Positions 59,013 to 64,000 of a stretch of DNA of 64,000 nt are shown here, piece after piece. The stretch is from Carboxydocellales bacterium. GTDB lineage: Bacteria; Bacillota; GCA-003054495; Carboxydocellales; JAJZTU01. The stretch lies in the NCBI GenBank assembly GCA_049302075.1, contig JBAQLS010000003.1, forward strand, positions 176,561-240,560. The letters are read 5' to 3'. Position 1 is the stretch's first letter, and each line of letters starts with the position of its first letter. A program made the position numbers and the translations under genes. The notes beneath the pieces were generated by a model that was given only the letters and a program-made list of their open reading frames with translations, had not been told where the DNA came from and did no database searches.

Positions 59013-59189
59013 TTATCTCTGGATTTCTTTAGCAGGTTGTGAGGTTTTTAGCGCGCCATAATTAGCACTTTCCCCACCCATAAAGTTTTGAGTCCGCTTT
59101 TGAACCTTGTCTAAATCCTTATTAGTACTCCGAAAAAACAAATAGGTAACCACAATGATAACTGCCAAAAAAATAACCCAATAAAACAA
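59013..59189 (-). CDS. Possible small membrane protein (58 aa, TTG start), not in the ORF track
   Basis: Manual translation gives (M)FYWVIFLAVIIVVTYLFFRSTNKDLDKVQKRTQNFMGGESANYGALKTSQPAKEIQR. GAGGTGGGGA lies 4 nt upstream, and there is one clear TM helix. Confidence 0.4.
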   Translation of the reverse strand: MFYWVIFLAVIIVVTYLFFRSTNKDLDKVQKRTQNFMGGESANYGALKTSQPAKEIQR

Positions 59190-59290
59190 CTTTCCCCACC
59201 TCTAATAGACTATTTATTAGTATTCTATCTAGGCTTTTTGCTCTAAGTGTAATATTCGACATTTTTCAGCAATTTCCTTCTTTATTTTCA

Positions 59291-60511
59291 TTATTTATTT
59301 TTGCCTGCTGCCCGCAGTGCTGCTGCTTTATCCGTCCGCTCCCAAGGCAGATCCAGATCAGTCCTGCCAAAATGACCGTAGGCGGCAATTGCGCGATATA
59401 TAGGTCGACGTAAATCAAGTTGCCGGATAATCCCTGCCGGACGTAAATCAAAGTGCTCCCTAATCAGTTCCCCAATCCGCTCCTCGGAAATTCGACCAGT
59501 TCCAAAGGTCTCCACCATGATGGAAACCGGTCTGGCCACTCCGATAGCATAAGCTAACTGCACTTCGCATCGTTCAGCCAATCCTGCTGCCACAATATTT
59601 TTGGCTACATATCTAGCAGCATAAGCTGCCGAGCGGTCTACCTTAGTGGGGTCTTTACCGGAAAAAGCTCCCCCCCCGTGTCTAGCCATCCCACCATAAG
59701 TATCCACAATAATTTTTCTTCCCGTCAAACCGGCATCCCCTTGAGGTCCCCCAATTACAAATCGTCCTGTAGGGTTAACAAAGTATTTAGTCTGGTCATC
59801 CAATAACTCGGGAGGAATTACCGGCTTAATAACTTGATCAATAATGTCCTGGCGAATAATCTCCAGGGAAATATCTGGTTTATGTTGAGTAGAAACAACT
59901 ATAGTATCCACTCGAAGTGGTTTGTTATCCTGATATTCCACGGTAACCTGAGTTTTGCCATCCGGACGCAGGTAGTTAAGCTGATGGTTTTTTCGGACTT
60001 CCGCCAGCCTTCTAGCCAACTTGTGGGCTAGGGTAATGGGCATTGGCATCAATTCCGGAGTTTCGTTAGTGGCATAACCAAACATCATCCCTTGGTCGCC
60101 TGCACCAATAGCCTCAATTGCAGCCTCGCTTCCAATAACCTCGGTTGAAGCATCACTCGTTTCCCCGCTCCTTGCTTCTAAAGCCATATCCACACCCATG
60201 GCAATATCCGTTGACTGTTCATCGATTGCCGTTATAACTGCACAGGTATCACAGTCAAAACCAAACTTAGCACGAGTATAACCGATTTCCCGGATAGTTT
60301 GCCGGACAATCCGGGGAATATCCACATAGCATTTAGTCGTAATTTCCCCCATAACCAGCACTAGACCGGTGGTAACTGAAGTTTCACAGGCAACCCTTGC
60401 CATGGGATCCTGCGCTAATATGGCATCCAGAATCCCATCGGAAACTTGGTCGGCTAACTTATCCGGATGTCCCTCAGTAACCGATTCCGAGGTAAACAGT
60501 GTTTTTGCCAA
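59291..60511 (-). CDS. metK: S-adenosylmethionine synthetase
   Basis: Canonical [13 protein letters not shown] and GGGAFSGKD motifs. The TTG start has its AAGGAG RBS inside the last codons of coaBC. Confidence 0.95.
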   Translation of the reverse strand: MAKTLFTSESVTEGHPDKLADQVSDGILDAILAQDPMARVACETSVTTGLVLVMGEITTKCYVDIPRIVRQTIREIGYTRAKFGFDCDTCAVITAIDEQSTDIAMGVDMALEARSGETSDASTEVIGSEAAIEAIGAGDQGMMFGYATNETPELMPMPITLAHKLARRLAEVRKNHQLNYLRPDGKTQVTVEYQDNKPLRVDTIVVSTQHKPDISLEIIRQDIIDQVIKPVIPPELLDDQTKYFVNPTGRFVIGGPQGDAGLTGRKIIVDTYGGMARHGGGAFSGKDPTKVDRSAAYAARYVAKNIVAAGLAERCEVQLAYAIGVARPVSIMVETFGTGRISEERIGELIREHFDLRPAGIIRQLDLRRPIYRAIAAYGHFGRTDLDLPWERTDKAAALRAAGKNK

Positions 60512-60517
60512 GACTGC

Positions 60518-61789
60518 TCACTCCTTATTGCGCTGCCGGGTAATTTCCAGAACCTGATCAAGGATTGCTCCGGCTACCTCTGTTTTGGGCATCAAAGGTA
60601 ATTCCTTAATGTCACCGCTGGGAAAAATAAATTTTACCACGTTGGTGTCACCACCAAAGCCCGCCCCTTGTTGGGTTACATCATTGGCTACAATGAAATC
60701 TAAATTTTTGCGTCGAACTTTATCACTGGCATGTTGAATCAAGTCATTGGTCTCGGCAGCAAAACCTACAAGTATTTGCCCTTGTTTAGTTTTCCCCAAG
60801 TGAGCCAAGATATCAGGATTACGTTCTAGCTCTAAAACCAAATCGCCTTCGCCTTTTTTGATTTTCTGCTCAGCCAGTTGTTTAGGCCGGTAGTCAGCCA
60901 CCGCAGCGGATTTAATAACTACATCAACTATGGGGTAAAGTTCGGTTACTGCAGTATACATTTCCCGAGCGGATTCTATTTTTATCAATTCCACATTAGC
61001 CGGGGTTAGGAGATTAGTAGGTCCGGCTACTAGAATAACCCGGGCCCCTCTTCGAGCTGCCACCTCGGCAATGGCGTAACCCATCTTGCCGGTGCTCCGG
61101 TTGGTAATAAACCTAATGGGGTCAATAGACTCCCTAGTTGCTCCTGCTGTGACTAGCACAGTCCGGTCTAAATAATCTTCCACCTCACCATTTAATTTAT
61201 CCTCTGGCTTAGTATATTCCCTAGCACCGCTATCTGCGCATATCCCACTGGCCAGAACACTCTCCCCCGCTGCTAAAATGGACTCCAGCTCAGCTAGCCG
61301 GCCTTTACCCTCATATCCACAAGCTAATCTGCCACTACCCGGCTCTACAAAGTGGTAGCCCAGTCGTCGTAGTTTATCTAGATTTGACTGGACTATTGCA
61401 TTGGTGTACATATGAACATTCATGGCCGGAGCAAAAACAACGGGCACCCTAGTGGCCATTATCGTTGTAGACAACGCATCATCAGCTATCCCATTGGCTA
61501 CCTTGCCAATTAGGTTAGCTGTAGCCGGCACCACCAGGAAAAGGTCAGCTTTATCAGCCAAAGCTACATGCTGTACCTCCCAGGCCTTTGGTTCGGCAAA
61601 CATATCAGTAATTACTAAATTCTTAGATAACGTCTGCAGCGTTAAGGGGGTAATAAATTGTTGAGCTGAAGCAGTCATAATAACCTGAACTTCAGCTCCC
61701 TGTTTAATCAAAGCACTTACTAGCTCTGCAGCTTTATAAGCGGCAATTCCCCCGGCAACTCCCACAACCACCAATTTATTATGCCACAT
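60518..61789 (-). CDS. coaBC: Bifunctional phosphopantothenoylcysteine decarboxylase / synthetase
   Basis: Flavoprotein N-domain (KLVVVGVAGGIAAYK) plus a CoaB domain. Start placed at the ATG at 61789; the longer track ORF would overlap rpoZ. Confidence 0.92.
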   Translation of the reverse strand: MWHNKLVVVGVAGGIAAYKAAELVSALIKQGAEVQVIMTASAQQFITPLTLQTLSKNLVITDMFAEPKAWEVQHVALADKADLFLVVPATANLIGKVANGIADDALSTTIMATRVPVVFAPAMNVHMYTNAIVQSNLDKLRRLGYHFVEPGSGRLACGYEGKGRLAELESILAAGESVLASGICADSGAREYTKPEDKLNGEVEDYLDRTVLVTAGATRESIDPIRFITNRSTGKMGYAIAEVAARRGARVILVAGPTNLLTPANVELIKIESAREMYTAVTELYPIVDVVIKSAAVADYRPKQLAEQKIKKGEGDLVLELERNPDILAHLGKTKQGQILVGFAAETNDLIQHASDKVRRKNLDFIVANDVTQQGAGFGGDTNVVKFIFPSGDIKELPLMPKTEVAGAILDQVLEITRQRNKE

Positions 61790-61805
61790 AGTCTCACCCC
61801 GATAA

Positions 61806-62018
61806 TTACTTAATGCCGATTTTGGTCCGCTCATACACAATTTTATCCTCGGCAATTTCCCCCAGAGCAACGGATACCGGCTTGCCCTGGATATGTTCCT
61901 GATAATCACCTGGCTCAGTTAACGCCCGAGCCCTTTTGGCGGCAACAACCACCAAAGAATACCGACTGTCCACCTTATTCATCAACACATCCAGAGATGG
62001 TTTATTCATATATGGCAC
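61806..62018 (-). CDS. rpoZ: RNA polymerase omega subunit
   Basis: 70 aa with the motif SRYSLVVVAAKRAR. Confidence 0.92.
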   Translation of the reverse strand: MPYMNKPSLDVLMNKVDSRYSLVVVAAKRARALTEPGDYQEHIQGKPVSVALGEIAEDKIVYERTKIGIK

Positions 62019-62070
62019 CCCCTTCTAAAAAACCTCTATGCGTCAGTTCGCTCGTTTTCAAGGGTTTGTC

Positions 62071-62685
62071 TTATTCTTTAATCTTTATTCGCTTTTCCTT
62101 TTCCTTTTTAAGAATGGCAGCCAGTTTGGCTGTAGCTGCTTGGACAGAGTCATTAATTATTACATAATCATATTTATCCGCTTGTTCCAGTTCCCAGTCA
62201 GCCGCTTCCATGCGTTTGGCAATAACCTCCGGAGCATCAGTAGCCCTGCCCTCAATTCTTTTCCGTAGTTCCGCCAGAGAAGGTGGGGCAATAAATACAA
62301 AAATTCCTGCTGGGTATTTTTCCTTCACCTGAAAAGCTCCCTGAACATCAATCTCTAGAATAATATCCTGAGCTAATTGCAAGGACTGCCTAACTGGACC
62401 TTTTGGAGTTCCATAGTAGTTGTCATATACCTTAGCCCATTCAATTAGTTCATCCCGATCTATCATCCCTTGAAATTGTTCCTGGGTCTTAAAATAATAA
62501 TGCACACCATCCACTTCCCCAACCCTTGGCGGGCGGGTAGTTGCGGAAACCGAGTACCGGACCTGGTTTTGTTGGCTAATTAAAGCCTGACAGATTGTCC
62601 CTTTTCCAGTTCCCGATGGTCCGGAAATCACCAGTAACAGACCCGGTACACATTTCTCCCCTGTCGTTGCCCTCTGTGCAGCCAT
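62071..62685 (-). CDS. gmk: Guanylate kinase
   Basis: P-loop GPSGTGKGT and TTR..R..E..G..Y.F. Confidence 0.95.
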   Translation of the reverse strand: MAAQRATTGEKCVPGLLLVISGPSGTGKGTICQALISQQNQVRYSVSATTRPPRVGEVDGVHYYFKTQEQFQGMIDRDELIEWAKVYDNYYGTPKGPVRQSLQLAQDIILEIDVQGAFQVKEKYPAGIFVFIAPPSLAELRKRIEGRATDAPEVIAKRMEAADWELEQADKYDYVIINDSVQAATAKLAAILKKEKEKRIKIKE

Positions 62686-62703
62686 TCCTTTCCCCTTTCA
62701 AGC

Positions 62704-62976
62704 TTAGTCCGTCGGATCGTCATTATGAGTCGCATCTTTAGATGCTAAACGATGGGCAACAGTCTCCGGCTGAACAGCGGAAAGCACTACATGGTCACTG
62801 TCAGTAATAATAACCGCCCTAGTCCTTCTACCATAGGTTGCATCAATCAGCATTCCCCTGTCCCGAGCTTCTTGAATAACCCGTTTTATGGGTGCTGATT
62901 CCGGGCTAACAATTGTCACAATCCGATTTGCCGAAACAATGTTTCCAAAACCAATATTAATCAACTTGATATCCAC
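62704..62976 (-). CDS. remA: RemA/DUF370 family regulator
   Basis: 90 aa; [40 protein letters not shown] is canonical. Confidence 0.9.
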   Translation of the reverse strand: MDIKLINIGFGNIVSANRIVTIVSPESAPIKRVIQEARDRGMLIDATYGRRTRAVIITDSDHVVLSAVQPETVAHRLASKDATHNDDPTD

Positions 62977-62997
62977 AACTAAGTCCCCCTCTGTTTA

Positions 62998-63891
62998 TTA
63001 TTCGATATTTTGAACCTGTTCCCGTATCTTTTCAATTTCACTTTTTATGTTGACGACTATATTGGTTATAGTCAAATCATTTGCTTTAGACCCAATTGTA
63101 TTGGCTTCCCTGTTCATTTCCTGAACTAAGAAATCCAGCTTCCGACCCACCGGTTCAGATAGCTCCAGACTTTTTCTCAACTGTTCTAAATGACTATCCA
63201 GTCGAACCAATTCCTCAGCAATGCTGCATCGATCGGCGAAAATCGCCACCTCCGTAGCTAGTCTGGTTTCATCTAGGTGGACATCCGTCAGGTAACTCTG
63301 GATTCTTTGGAGTATTTTTTCCCGGTATTCGTTGACCACTAGGGGTGCTCGTTCTGAAATATCTTTGAGCCAATTTTCAACATTACGGGACCTTTGGATT
63401 AAATCCTGTTTAAGTGTTGTTCCTTCAATCCCCCGCATGGACAGCAATTGCTGTAAGGCCTTTTCCAATGCACCATGATATACCTTCCAAAGCTCCTCCA
63501 AATCGTCCTCTGCTCGTTCCACGGTAATCACATCTGGGTATCTGGGAATGAGGGTGTAATCCACCACCGCCTGGTTACCGATTACTTCCGCCATTTCCTT
63601 CAGTGCATTATAATACGCCAAGGCCAGGCCTTTGTCAACTTTTACCACTTTAGTGGCGTCACCCTGCTCTTCCAAAGAAACAAATACATCCACCCGGCCT
63701 CTAGACACTATTTCCAGCAATAATTTTCGGGCTCGGTCTTCTAGGGGAGCCAACTGTTTAGGTTGACGGAACACCACCTCAGCAAAGCGGTGATTTACCG
63801 ACTTTAACTCTACGATAAAACGCTTACCCGCCCCTGCCTGCTCACCACGACCGTATCCGGTCATACTTCGTACCAATAGTTCACCATCCAA
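62998..63891 (-). CDS. yicC: YicC/YloC family stress-induced endoribonuclease-like protein
   Basis: SMTGYGRG N-terminus and a C-terminal EMNREANTIGSK motif. The start codon is uncertain (TTG at 63891 or 63876, or ATG at 63864). Confidence 0.88.
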   Translation of the reverse strand: MDGELLVRSMTGYGRGEQAGAGKRFIVELKSVNHRFAEVVFRQPKQLAPLEDRARKLLLEIVSRGRVDVFVSLEEQGDATKVVKVDKGLALAYYNALKEMAEVIGNQAVVDYTLIPRYPDVITVERAEDDLEELWKVYHGALEKALQQLLSMRGIEGTTLKQDLIQRSRNVENWLKDISERAPLVVNEYREKILQRIQSYLTDVHLDETRLATEVAIFADRCSIAEELVRLDSHLEQLRKSLELSEPVGRKLDFLVQEMNREANTIGSKANDLTITNIVVNIKSEIEKIREQVQNIE

Positions 63892-64000
63892 TCTCTAGAG
63901 CTCGACTTTATAGTATAAGCAACTAGATTTATAAAATAATATTTCGACTCAAAAAATGAAAATCCTTTGAGTAAATTCACTTTTTCTCGGCTTTTCTTAA

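Noticed and set aside
59266-59451. 61-aa minus ORF overlapping the metK 3' end
   Set aside because: It is an alternative frame within metK, and metK is unambiguous.
60518-61909. The long 463-aa version of coaBC starting at 61909
   Set aside because: The first 40 codons overlap rpoZ in another frame and look non-native (MIIRNISRASRYPLLWGK..). The ATG at 61789, behind GGGGTGAG, gives the canonical flavoprotein N-terminus.

Overview
This 64 kb window comes from a spore-forming Firmicute, probably Clostridia or Peptococcaceae-like; I cannot name the species. Supporting genes are CotE, GerM, an SLH-domain wall protein, Bacillus-type sdhCAB, a membrane pyrophosphatase and a glutamate mutase operon. 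Nearly all genes are on the minus strand.

Backbone:
- Housekeeping genes occupy 1-16 kb: glmS/glmL-type mutase, an SH3b-amidase, gerM, hppA, secG, cotE, sdhCAB and an ABC-F ATPase.
- The classic Firmicute cluster runs from 46.9 to 64 kb: yicC-remA-gmk-rpoZ-coaBC-metK-priA-def-fmt-DUF116-rsmB-rlmN-FHA-prpC-prkC-rsgA-rpe.
- A ribDE(BA)H operon with an FMN riboswitch lies at 38.9-42.8 kb.

Accessory content:
1. A complete, visibly AT-rich type I-B (Cst/Tneap-like) CRISPR-Cas locus at 16.6-27.5 kb. It has 38 repeats of 30 nt and 37 spacers, including one exact spacer duplicate and a decayed trailer end.
2. A split NHEJ operon (ku, ligase domain, polymerase domain) at 31.9-34.9 kb, interrupted by a structured repeat.
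3. A 96-aa ORF with extreme Met/His/Cys/Pro composition at 42958-43248.
4. A roughly 3.6 kb cassette at 43.3-46.85 kb, wedged between the Met-rich ORF and rpe. It is bounded by two inverted copies of a long-hairpin repeat family with a conserved three-way-junction core; a third copy sits inside the NHEJ operon. The cassette carries a tRNA-Leu(UAA) remnant, a frameshifted gene remnant, and an MqsR-like toxin followed by a tripartite Zn-ribbon/HTH/Panacea(DUF4065) antitoxin.

The repeat family, the Met-rich ORF and the toxin-antitoxin architecture are the items most worth follow-up. All functional calls rest on motif and synteny recognition by eye; no database searches were run.
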